A stretch of DNA of 64,000 nucleotides from an uncultured Chlamydiae bacterium. Lineage in GTDB: Bacteria > Chlamydiota > Chlamydiia > Chlamydiales > JAJFMB01. The notes under the pieces were generated by a model, which was given only the letters and a program-made list of their open reading frames with translations, was not told where the DNA came from and searched no databases. Below are positions 39,674-49,199 of this stretch, piece after piece. Both the position numbers and the translations under genes were made by a program. The stretch covers positions 2,624,001 to 2,688,000 of the forward strand of contig CAVOJR010000001.1 in assembly GCA_963696295.1 (NCBI GenBank), given 5' to 3'. How positions within the stretch are numbered: the stretch's first letter is position 1; each line of letters begins with the position of its first letter.

Positions 39674-40186
39674 ATGCCATCTCCATCAATCAAAACCATA
39701 AGAGATCTAATATTTTATCAATATTCCAAAATAATAGCTGATTCTGTTGGATTGTCTAAAACAGGATCTACCAAGAGCGAATATTTTAGCTTTGTTATGG
39801 ATCGTGTAAATAAGCTACGTAGTGGTGAAATTAATATGAGCACTATATCTCGGGAAATAAAAATGCAAATCCTCTCAGAACAAAAGTGCTGTGAATATTG
39901 TGGTAAATTAGATGGGTTATCTTGGGATCATCTCATACCCCGAAGTAAAGAAGGTCCTGACGATGTTGAGAATTTGGTTTTATGTTGTCGGAGCTGCAAT
40001 TCCTCTAAAGGTAATAGAGGGCTTTACGCTTGGTTTGGGATTAAAAATAAAGACAATTTCCCAAGGATTGTCGCAGGTAAGTATCTAAAGCTTCTTTATG
40101 ATCTCCATAATGAACGAGGAACCCTAGATGCTCGTGATCTAAATGGGGATGGAAAACTTGATGTTTTAGATCTGGAAATTTACTAA
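39674..40186 (+). CDS. HNH endonuclease
   Basis: CEYCG..DHLIPRSKEG..ENLVLCCRSCNSSKG. Confidence 0.9.
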   Translation: MPSPSIKTIRDLIFYQYSKIIADSVGLSKTGSTKSEYFSFVMDRVNKLRSGEINMSTISREIKMQILSEQKCCEYCGKLDGLSWDHLIPRSKEGPDDVENLVLCCRSCNSSKGNRGLYAWFGIKNKDNFPRIVAGKYLKLLYDLHNERGTLDARDLNGDGKLDVLDLEIY

Positions 40187-40380
40187 TAAGTTGCAAGTGT
40201 ATTTTAAATTAATAATTTTATTGATATAAGTGTTTAATAATGCTCTTTCCATGGAATAATGGGCCGGAGAATGAGGACTATAATCCGGTTGTGTTTGATC
40301 AAGATAGAATCCTTATTCGCTGGGGGCGTTTTTATGAACAGCGATTGAGCAAACACTAACTCACAATACTCGAGGTAATC

Positions 40381-40971
40381 ATGAAAATTTTCGCTAGTAT
40401 GATTTTATGTATGTCATATTGTATTCCTTTACAAGCAGATTGTAGATGGTCTGAATTAGAGAATGGAAAGATTTGTATTTCTTCTCATCTTGAGAGGTTA
40501 ACAAATGGAAGGAAGGATTCAACATTCATTATATTAAAAATGTGGTTAAGCAAAGATGGTAAAATGAACGTCAAACTTGATAAAATAGAGGCTATCTGGT
40601 TTTCGGTTCATGGCTCGCCGGGTGATAAATGCGCTTTTATTACGGTAGGCGATAACGCTGGCGGACTCATTAATGGTGCTAAAGTAGAAGAAGCAAAGGT
40701 GACTTATCTTGGGTGCATTATTGAAATTGATTTTCCCTCTCAATGGCCTGGATGCTATTCAAATACAAAGATTATTGCAAAACGAAAAGGAAAGGATAGA
40801 GAAAATAATATCAAAGGAGAGTACGAGTGCGATGTAGTAATTTCATATAGAGAAAGTTTATCTCATGAAGATGTAGACGGAAAAATTCAGCTAGAAGTTG
40901 GAAAAAAAAGCAACGAACATGAATATAGACCGATAGAGACTTTGATACTCCCTAGTTTAAAAGTCATATAA
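40381..40971 (+). CDS. Hypothetical exported protein
   Basis: GAGG RBS, signal-like N-terminus, AT-rich. Confidence 0.65.
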   Translation: MKIFASMILCMSYCIPLQADCRWSELENGKICISSHLERLTNGRKDSTFIILKMWLSKDGKMNVKLDKIEAIWFSVHGSPGDKCAFITVGDNAGGLINGAKVEEAKVTYLGCIIEIDFPSQWPGCYSNTKIIAKRKGKDRENNIKGEYECDVVISYRESLSHEDVDGKIQLEVGKKSNEHEYRPIETLILPSLKVI

Positions 40972-41263
40972 AATTTTCAAAATCGCATTTACGCAAATTT
41001 TACGCACTAGACTTCATAAAGTGATTTAGAGTTAAAAGACGTAAAAGGCGGCGTGTTGGCACCAGGATTAGCAACAAAAAAAGGGTCCGGTAATTGTGAA
41101 ATTGCAGCTGCTAGACTAGTCAAATTACCATCAGATAATTTTGTTGCTGCCTGATTTGGAGGAACATGATGCCGACATGCAGTAGCAGGAGTAAGATAGT
41201 ATATTTTTGAAATGATATTTGTGATGCCGTTTCTCAGGAAGTTTATTTTTTCTTGCTCTTTTT

Positions 41264-43723
41264 CTACCCCGCAATCGCCTGCCTAAAATCATCCATAGTC
41301 ACATGACCAAGCGAATGGCTGCCGGCCTCTTCAAGGCTGATATTCGCTTGATCCAAACGCTCCAATGCGTAGGAGGAAGCTTCTTTGACTATCCCTTCAA
41401 TATCTGCGCCGGAGTAACCTTCAGTTAAGTTGGCTAATTGCTCGAGATTGAAGTCCGGCAGCACATTCGCTTCTTTCAACCCTTTGGTATGAATGGCGAA
41501 AATCTCCTTTCTCCCTTGCAAGCCGGGAAGGGCCAGTTCCAGATGCAGCTCAATCCGTCCCGGACGCAAGAGGGCCTTGTCGATTATATCGGGCCTGTTC
41601 GTCATGATGATCACAAAAATATTATCGAGCTGTTGCAATCCATCGAGTTTGCCCAAAAACTGGTTCACCCAGGAATTGTACCAGGGATGTTCGCTCCCCT
41701 CTTGACGGGTGCCCAAGATCGATTCCGCCTCGTCGATAACCACGACATACATCCCTTCTTTCCCTTTTTTCTTTGCTTCCTCAGCGGATTGGAAGAGAGC
41801 GCGGATCTTCTCTTCAGTAGCCCCAATAAATTTATTGGTCAATTCGGAGGCGTTAAGCAACTGAAACCGCTCTCCTTCCCCGCAGCCAAAAACTTTGCCG
41901 ATATTCCGCGCCAGGGTCGTCTTCCCGGTTCACGGAGGACCGTACAGCATCATCCCCTTGATCGGTTTAAGCCCTCTTTTCTCAAACTCCTTTTTTGAGG
42001 GGCCCCCGCGAGAGGATCACCTTGTGCAAAAGGGTTTTCAATTGCTCTGATATACCCCCGACGACCTCTTCCAGCTTAGTGATATCCATTTGTTCCGCGG
42101 CTTGCGCCAACAAAAGCTGATCGTCCATATCAAACTCTATCTTTGTTTCAGCGGTAATTTCCCCGATAATTCCATACTTTTGTCCAGCAGGCTTTGTCTC
42201 AAAGTCCGTCTTTTTGGCTTCCAGAGTAAGGTTGATTTTCTTGAAGTTAGCATCCAGGCAAGTGATGGAAATCCGCTGATTGCTGAAGATTTTACCTTGC
42301 AAAGCTTTCCTGGCCTCTTTCTCAAGAGCCTTCTTTGAAAAAGTGAATGGCTCCTTGAAAAATCATGCTGACTCGACTTTCAAGGTCAGCTTGAGGACTT
42401 TATACATTGACGAGTCATCGACAATATAAACTTTCTCTTTTTTGCTGCTGACACTAAGATCTGTTGCCTCGAGAATTTGGCCATAGGAATTGGAATTTCC
42501 ATCGCAATCGAGATTTTGGACGCGCAGAAAGAATACGCTCGTGGAGAGCGTCACGGAAATGCCTTGCTTACGCACCAGTTTTTTCTGCAGAAGATACTCC
42601 TTCAGTTCTTTGACCGGGAGCCAGGCTATTTTGTCACCTTTTTTCTCCTCCGGCATCCCTTCAATCTCCATTTCCATGCTTTTGGCTGGGGCTTCTCCTT
42701 TGCATAAGAGGAGATGCATCTGCAAGTTCGGGGCTATTTCTACACTATAATTGGCCCCCCCTTTAAGTTGGTACGATTTGTGATACGCCTTCTTCTCACC
42801 GTTTTTGTTTACATCTAGGACTTTTTGAACTTTGATATCAAGCTCCTTTCCGTGCCATTTTGCGGCAAATACTTCCCTTTTGCAAAAGGGGCCTGCTCTC
42901 AGAGCATTAGAGATTAATTCCCGAATTTCAACCGAATCAATCACTAAAGAGGGCACATAGGGTTTCTGGAAAATTTTGTCGATCTGTTTGGAATTGACCA
43001 AAAGTTTTATCTTCTGATTTTCGTTTATTTCGTAGGTGCGATCATAAATCGCTAAATTCTTTTCCGTTTGGAAATCCAGATCCGTTTCTTCAGTCAAACG
43101 GCAAAAAAGGCCTGAATTAGCCGGCTCCCAATTTGTGAGCTTTGCAAGGAACTTCCATTTCTTGTAAGGGAATACAAGGGTATGCCCCTTTGAGTAAATC
43201 TGCTCATTATTCTTCAGATAAACGCCTGTTTTATTTCATGCAGAGGAAGGGATACTTGCCCCTCTTCGTTATTTTCGAGCAGGGTCAGGCTGAAATGAGC
43301 CTTTGTCGCCAAGGGAAAATCTGCAAAAGCTTTCATCACAGGATTTGCCAAAATAGAACGATTCTGATTAAACATGAAAATGCCTTTTGCGACCTCGTCT
43401 ACCTGGCGCAAAGAGAGCAGAAGGGTGCCCGGGGGGATCGAATCGACCCCTTGAATGGGATAGATGTGATCGGCCAGCCGGATCCATTTGGCTTGACAAT
43501 TAGCGAGGTCTTGAGAGGGCATTCCCACGCAATTTAAATCCCCCCAATCCGATTCAGCCGAGATGGCGATGCGGGCGATTTTTGACACCCCATCTTCCGC
43601 TATTTCCTGTTTGATAGGGTTGACATTGTCATCAAACGAACGTTTCTCACTGACATTCATGCTGTAAGCTCCGAATAAAAAAGATGAAACAATACTCTGC
43701 AAAGCTATTTTTTGCAATGACAA
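41264..43723 (-). pseudogene. NSF/Sec18-like AAA+ ATPase pseudogene
   Basis: Four collinear fragments; KGMMLYGPP*TGKTTLAR with TGA at 41930-41932, IDEAE, VNQFLGKLDGLQQLDNIFVIIMTNRPDIIDKALLRPGR, IFAIHT, YSGADIEG. Confidence 0.85.
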
Positions 43724-43777
43724 GCCTTTTATTCAACCAGTTGCAAAAAAGGGGGTTTTTGATTACAATTGTAAACT

Positions 43778-44545
43778 ATGAATCAAAATATTCTAAGCAT
43801 CCTTTGCGATCCAGGCAGCCATCGATCTTTAACTGAACAGAATGGAAGCCTAATCGGAGAAGATCAAGTTTATCCCATTGTTGGAGGCATTCCCATCTTT
43901 TTAAAAGAAGGCGATGTTACCGGCGATAACGAAAAGTATCAAAAGTTTTATGATAAAGTGGGTCGCTTTACGGGTTCTGTATTTTGGTTTATCTGCCGCC
44001 TTTTTCGATGGGATATGGTTTCCCAAAGAAAAAATTTGTTGTCTGATTTGCAGGTGAAACCCGGTGACAGAGTGCTGGAAACATCGATTGGCGCTGGAGC
44101 CAATATTCCCGCGCTCGATCCCCTCGCATGCTATGTTGGAGTCGATATTTCTATGGGCATGCTCAGGGCTTGCCAAAAATATCACCTCCTTCAGCCTTAT
44201 AATTTACAGCTCATTCAGGCTAATGCCGAATTTTTACCGTTTAAAGATGATTCTTTCGATGTGGTTTTTCATTTTGGGGGAATTAATTTTTTTAATGATA
44301 AAAGCCGGGCAATAAGAGAAATGATCCGCGTCGCCAAGCCGGGTGCAATGATTCTGATTGGCGATGAGACTCAAAAGCATGTGGATTCCTGGTATAAAAA
44401 AGTTCCATTCATAAAGCGGTATTTTAAAGATGTAGAACCTGTTGCCATACCGATAGATCTGATTCCCTCAAACATGCATAATCTAAAAGTTGATTATAAA
44501 TGGGATGATTCGATGTATGTCATCACCTTCAATAAACCAGCTTAG
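43778..44545 (+). CDS. SAM-dependent methyltransferase with Trm112-like N-terminus
   Basis: ILCDP...YPIVGGIPIF; VLETSIGAG, VDIS, LPFKDDSFD, EMIRVAKPG. Confidence 0.85.
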   Translation: MNQNILSILCDPGSHRSLTEQNGSLIGEDQVYPIVGGIPIFLKEGDVTGDNEKYQKFYDKVGRFTGSVFWFICRLFRWDMVSQRKNLLSDLQVKPGDRVLETSIGAGANIPALDPLACYVGVDISMGMLRACQKYHLLQPYNLQLIQANAEFLPFKDDSFDVVFHFGGINFFNDKSRAIREMIRVAKPGAMILIGDETQKHVDSWYKKVPFIKRYFKDVEPVAIPIDLIPSNMHNLKVDYKWDDSMYVITFNKPA

Positions 44546-44560
44546 CACCGAGAGGTTTCT

Positions 44561-45499
44561 ATGAATTACGATGTCGTCGTTATCGGGGCCGGGCCGGTCG
44601 GGATAGCTACTGCCTGCTCCATCAAAGCCGTCAACAATTCCATCCAAATTTGCGTGCTTGATAAACTCGCGAGGAGAGAGCGACATCATGAGGTGTTGGT
44701 TAAGGCGGATACCATAGAGAAAATTCAATATGTGCTTAGCGAGGCTCAGAAAAATTATTTCTCTGCCAATGACAATGTGGACCGCTTAATGGGCGTTATC
44801 CGGAACTGGAAGGATCGTGTTATTCCAATAAGCAAAATTGAAGCGGATTTAGCCGGTGAGGCTCGCCGGATGGGTGTTAAAGTCTTGCGCGGTAAAGAGT
44901 ATGAGGTTGGAGAAGCATTGCTGGATTCTGAAGGATTGGAAAGAATTTTTAGCGCAGCCAAAGTGATCATCGGAGCTGACGGCCCGGATAGTGTTGTGCG
45001 TAGAGTGGTTATGCCGGTTGATGTCAAAAAAGGCCATGCGGTCGCACTAAGTTATAAGACAGAAGGAGGGGCATCGCATATTTTGCAAGTTTCTGTGAAA
45101 AAAGAGACATTTGACGCCTTATGCCTGAAGAACTCCTGGACGCTTGAGGAGCTTAGAGCTGAAGAGGAACAGAATATCAAAGAGATTTATCAGCGGCTTC
45201 AAGCTTATACCAATGGCATGAAAGCGAGGATGATACAATGTTTGGAAGAGAAAGTGTCTACGCTGGAGATGAGCATTTTTCGCAGTGAGCCCTGCGCTAT
45301 GTTTTACCGGGGCAAGTGGGTGCTCCTTGTCGGGGATGCGGAATCAAGGGCGGCCTTGGGAAATGGATTTAGTAAAGGATTAAGAGGGGCTGCCGCATGC
45401 GCTAACACTGTAACCACTTTTTTTTCACCAAATTATGTGGATGAGACCCTTTTCAAAGAGCACAAGCAAATCATGAAGCGCATTTTCGAGGAATCATAA
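44561..45499 (+). CDS. FAD-dependent oxidoreductase/monooxygenase-like protein
   Basis: VIGAGPVG, IIGADGPDSVVR, LLVGDA motifs. Confidence 0.75.
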   Translation: MNYDVVVIGAGPVGIATACSIKAVNNSIQICVLDKLARRERHHEVLVKADTIEKIQYVLSEAQKNYFSANDNVDRLMGVIRNWKDRVIPISKIEADLAGEARRMGVKVLRGKEYEVGEALLDSEGLERIFSAAKVIIGADGPDSVVRRVVMPVDVKKGHAVALSYKTEGGASHILQVSVKKETFDALCLKNSWTLEELRAEEEQNIKEIYQRLQAYTNGMKARMIQCLEEKVSTLEMSIFRSEPCAMFYRGKWVLLVGDAESRAALGNGFSKGLRGAAACANTVTTFFSPNYVDETLFKEHKQIMKRIFEES

Positions 45500-45557
45500 G
45501 GCTTGAGAAATTTTTAATGAACGGTTATTTTAGCAGGACATATTTTTAGGTGTATCT

Positions 45558-46004
45558 ATGAGAATTCTATTATTTTTAGTATTAACATCTCCTCTTGCCG
45601 CTGTCCTGACGCCCGCTCTTAAGACAGAATTGGTCCAGGAAGCCGCTTTGGCCCGGAAGAATGCTTACGCCCCCTATTCCCAATACCTGGTTGGCGCGGC
45701 TCTTTTGACAAAATCGGGAAAAATCTACAAGGGCTGCAATGTGGAAAATGCCTCTTACGGCCTGTGCAATTGCGCAGAGCGGACGGCTATTTTTAAAGCC
45801 GTTTCCGAAGGGGAAACGGATTTTGCAGCTATTGCTCTTGTCACAAGAGATGGAGGGATGCCTTGCGGCGCCTGCCGGCAAGTGTTGAATGAATTCGGAC
45901 CCAAAATGGTTGTGCTTGCAGCCGATGAACATGGAGTGATTCATCGGGAATACACGTTGGATCAGCTTTTACCAAACTCTTTTGGCCCTGCCAATTTGGA
46001 TTAA
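45558..46004 (+). CDS. cdd: Cytidine deaminase
   Basis: AYAPYS, GCNVENASYG, CAERTA, PCGACRQ. Confidence 0.95.
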   Translation: MRILLFLVLTSPLAAVLTPALKTELVQEAALARKNAYAPYSQYLVGAALLTKSGKIYKGCNVENASYGLCNCAERTAIFKAVSEGETDFAAIALVTRDGGMPCGACRQVLNEFGPKMVVLAADEHGVIHREYTLDQLLPNSFGPANLD

Positions 46005-46005
46005 T

Positions 46006-46626
46006 ATGGTTCAAATTGCGGCCACCTCAGATTTTCACGGTGAGCTTCCGGAGATACCTGATTGCGATTTGCTGCTGCTCGCGGGCGATATGTGCCCGGA
46101 TGGGCCCCCATTGATGCAGGCGAAATGGCTCGATGGGCCTTTCCGGAACTGGTTAGAGACTATCCCTGCCAAAGAGGTGGTGATGGTGGCGGGAAACCAC
46201 GATCTGATCTATGAGAAGGACAAGAATTTGGTGCCTAAAGGCTTAAGATGCCATTATTTGGAAGACAGCTCGGTGGAATTGTACGGATTGACCATCTACG
46301 GCACTCCCTGGCAGCTCCCCTTTTGGGGTTCGTTTAACCTCAATGAGGAGGCCCTGGCAGAAAAATATCGCCTGATTCCCCCTAAAGTGGATATTTTGAT
46401 CAGCCATTCCCCTCCTTACTGTATTGCAGATCTGGTTGAAGAATCCATTCACACAGGGTCTGTTTCCTTAAGGAAGAAAGTGTTTGAAGTCAAACCCAAG
46501 TTCTTTGTCTGCGGCCATATCCACTCGGCTTTTGGGGTATACAAGATCAATGATATCGTATTTGCCAATGTGAGCCTGCTGAATGACGATATGATAGCCG
46601 CCAATCCGCCCGTCGTTCTAGCTTGA
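46006..46626 (+). CDS. Metallophosphoesterase (calcineurin-like)
   Basis: SDFHG, AGD, GNHD, SHSPP, GHIH. Confidence 0.92.
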   Translation: MVQIAATSDFHGELPEIPDCDLLLLAGDMCPDGPPLMQAKWLDGPFRNWLETIPAKEVVMVAGNHDLIYEKDKNLVPKGLRCHYLEDSSVELYGLTIYGTPWQLPFWGSFNLNEEALAEKYRLIPPKVDILISHSPPYCIADLVEESIHTGSVSLRKKVFEVKPKFFVCGHIHSAFGVYKINDIVFANVSLLNDDMIAANPPVVLA

Positions 46627-47661
46627 AACGGAAAAGCATTTTTCGGCATTTTCGAGGATGCGGTTAATGGTATCGGGATTAACCTTCAGTTCATCCTCGC
46701 CAAACTCGTAGACGCCGCCTAAAATAAGCCGGTCGTTCCAGGGATAGATGAAAACAAAATAATTATTGTCAACTTCTTGAAAGAACAAATAGTCAATCTC
46801 CTCCTGGTGTTTGAAATAGATTATTTGTCCGCGCGCCGGAATGAATTCCTGATCCTGGAAAAGATTCATCGAACCTATGCTGAGGCAATTTATGATAGTA
46901 GGCTCTTCCAGGTTGAGGATCTCTTCCAGATTTTCAAAATGGCATTGCTGCCAGATGACTCCCTTATCTTTGACTTTGGCGTTCAAGTCTTCAAGAAAGA
47001 ATTTCCCGTTCAATCCCACCTCGTAGACTCTTTGGCAATTTTTAATCGTTCCATTATCGAAGTGGAGGATGACTTCGTCCCCTGCTTTTTTTTGTCTACA
47101 GCTATAAGCGGTGATGAGCTTCACGCCGGCAAACTCAGGCGTATCGGTTGTGCTTTTCAGAAAACGGATTTCCGAAGTTTCCAGCAACTGTTGATGCAGC
47201 TTTTTCTTCTCTTCAGGAAGATCTTTTGGCAAGGAAAGGGGGCTCCAGATCCCGGCGGCAACATTTGAGGTCAGATAGGGATTCCAGTTATCGGCATAAA
47301 GATGCACATCATAGCCTTGCTCTAAGAGATCGTAAGCCGCGGCCAATCCAACCACACCCGCCCCCAATACGGCTACACTTTTGGATGAGGGCTTTTCCTG
47401 ATTCAATAGGTCAAGCACTTGTTCTGCGCCGCCAAAGGCGAGAGTCAGCCCCGATCCTCCATAGCCATAATTATGTATAATCAGCTTATCCTGAATCTTT
47501 TCCGCTTCTATACGGACTCCGCTCTTTCTAAACGGGCGGATCCCCACATTGGTTCCGATGATATTATCCCGGGATATGTTCGGCGTTTTGAGAAATACAT
47601 GCTCGGCGCTGAAAAGCGAGAAACAAAAAAGAGAGGCGAAACAAATCCGGTAAAACATCAA
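46618..47661 (-). CDS. D-amino-acid oxidase family flavoprotein, circularly permuted, signal peptide-like N-terminus
   Basis: VGIRPFR and HNYGYGGSGLTL precede VAVLGAGVVG; TSNVAAG, PARGQ. Confidence 0.85.
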   Translation of the reverse strand: MMFYRICFASLFCFSLFSAEHVFLKTPNISRDNIIGTNVGIRPFRKSGVRIEAEKIQDKLIIHNYGYGGSGLTLAFGGAEQVLDLLNQEKPSSKSVAVLGAGVVGLAAAYDLLEQGYDVHLYADNWNPYLTSNVAAGIWSPLSLPKDLPEEKKKLHQQLLETSEIRFLKSTTDTPEFAGVKLITAYSCRQKKAGDEVILHFDNGTIKNCQRVYEVGLNGKFFLEDLNAKVKDKGVIWQQCHFENLEEILNLEEPTIINCLSIGSMNLFQDQEFIPARGQIIYFKHQEEIDYLFFQEVDNNYFVFIYPWNDRLILGGVYEFGEDELKVNPDTINRILENAEKCFSVSS

Positions 47662-47945
47662 AGACTCCTTCAGGGATTATTTTCAGAGAACTTTACGCCT
47701 GATTGCCATTTTCATTCAAATGCTTTTTAACAAAGGCGCGGTCGTATTTCAGCGAAGGATTTTCAGAGCTGTTTTTACCTTATTGCCAATCCGGAAATTT
47801 TCAGCTGTTCGTAATAACAAATATACCCAACCAACTCTTCAAGTTTTAGCGGCAGTTTGTGCTACTTAGAGACATGATATTTTTCTGCTAATATCATAAC
47901 GGATTGAACTCATAAATTTATTAGTCAATTGGCTGAATTCCAAGG

Positions 47946-48458
47946 CTATACTTTAGGTAATTTAGAAATGTAATAAACCAAAGCCAATAGATTTACTCCT
48001 ACCAATCCTGCCAATGCCAGCTTTCGGTAAGTTTTCGATGAAGAAGAACCGGCTGCAGGCTTAAATGAAACAGCCCGTTGAACGGAAGCGGCAAGGGCTT
48101 TAAGGGTGGCTCCGGCAGAGTCTAGACCGTTCATGATGTTGGTGTAGATTCTACTTCTTAAGCTTTTTTTATTATCATCAGGAATGCTGTTATTGTTGTT
48201 ACTGTTGTTGGCGTGGTCATAATTATTATTGTTGGCGTGGTCACAATTATTATTGTTGGCGTGGTCACAATTATTATTGTTGGCGTGGTCACAATTATTA
48301 TTGTTGTTTTTGCCTGTGTAGTGTCCGTCCTCTAGATTATTGTTGTTGTAAAAACCTGTGTCCTGCCCTTTTTGCTTTTTTACGAGAAGCTTCTCATGAT
48401 AATGTCCCGCCGCTTGCTGGTTTTCAAAACGCGCGACTTTTGATGTAACGTTACCCAT
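47946..48458 (-). CDS. Asn-rich repeat protein with C-terminal TM helix
   Basis: AAGGAAGG RBS; MGNVTSK start; NNNNCDHA x4; LALAGLVGVNLLALVYYI. Confidence 0.7.
   Translation of the reverse strand: MGNVTSKVARFENQQAAGHYHEKLLVKKQKGQDTGFYNNNNLEDGHYTGKNNNNNCDHANNNNCDHANNNNCDHANNNNYDHANNSNNNNSIPDDNKKSLRSRIYTNIMNGLDSAGATLKALAASVQRAVSFKPAAGSSSSKTYRKLALAGLVGVNLLALVYYISKLPKV
48207..48302. repeat. 24-bp coding tandem repeat x4
   Basis: GTTGGCGTGGTCACAATTATTATT units at 48207, 48231, 48255, 48279. Confidence 0.95.
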
Positions 48459-48547
48459 AAACCCTTCCTTTTTATTATTATTAATATGTTGTCATTATAT
48501 TAATAAATTTTAAATTTTATATTAAACTTATATTAAGATTGTGTAAA

Positions 48548-49153
48548 TTATTTGATATAATTATAGATACTCGCACGGGAGGTGCTTAATTTTTGAGCGA
48601 TGAAAGGAGCCGCGTTTTTATAATTGAATATCCCTTTGCGATAAAGATGCTGCACCAGCTCTTTTTTTTGATCCCGGTTGAGGCGGCTGAGCAGCAAGCG
48701 GTTTTCCTCCAGGTATTGCTGGATCAGGGCGGTCGCCTGGCTTTCCAGCTGGCCGCCAAAGAGTTCTATGGGATTTTCCGCGCCTTCTTTAATACCCAGG
48801 AACAATTCCAACAAACGGTGCCCCTCTTGAAAGGCGCTGACATCCACATTGATGCAGATCAAGCCGACCGGCTTTCCCTTTTCATTTCTTATTGTGATCG
48901 AAGTGCACTTGAGAGGACGCCCGTCATGGTTTTGTTTGTAGTAGGGTGTAAAATAGGCGGGAAACTCCTCGGCGCTGATTTTCAGTTCTTTTAGCGGCGA
49001 GGCCTCTCCCACTTTCCTTTGCGAAATAGGATGGTAGAGGGCCACAATTTCCCCTTTTTCCAGATCGTGGACGGCGGCTTCAGCGAAGGGATGAAAAAGC
49101 TCCACAATCGCTTTTAACATGGGTTCATACTGGGAGAAGTGAGATTTTTCCAT
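48548..49153 (-). CDS. YheO/DauR-like PAS-HTH regulator
   Basis: EAAVHDL, DGRPLKCTSITIR..G.ICINVD, LYRKGIF..KNA...IA..L..SRASIYNYI. Confidence 0.9.
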   Translation of the reverse strand: MEKSHFSQYEPMLKAIVELFHPFAEAAVHDLEKGEIVALYHPISQRKVGEASPLKELKISAEEFPAYFTPYYKQNHDGRPLKCTSITIRNEKGKPVGLICINVDVSAFQEGHRLLELFLGIKEGAENPIELFGGQLESQATALIQQYLEENRLLLSRLNRDQKKELVQHLYRKGIFNYKNAAPFIAQKLSTSRASIYNYIK

Positions 49154-49199
49154 AAGCCTCTATTTTACAAAAACATTGGATAATTGTACACTTGGGAAT

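Noticed and set aside
41930..41932. TGA recoding (selenocysteine or alternative genetic code) in the AAA Walker A
   Set aside because: Position needs Gly (GGA>TGA is a single change), the gene has other frameshifts, and TGA is a normal stop elsewhere in the window
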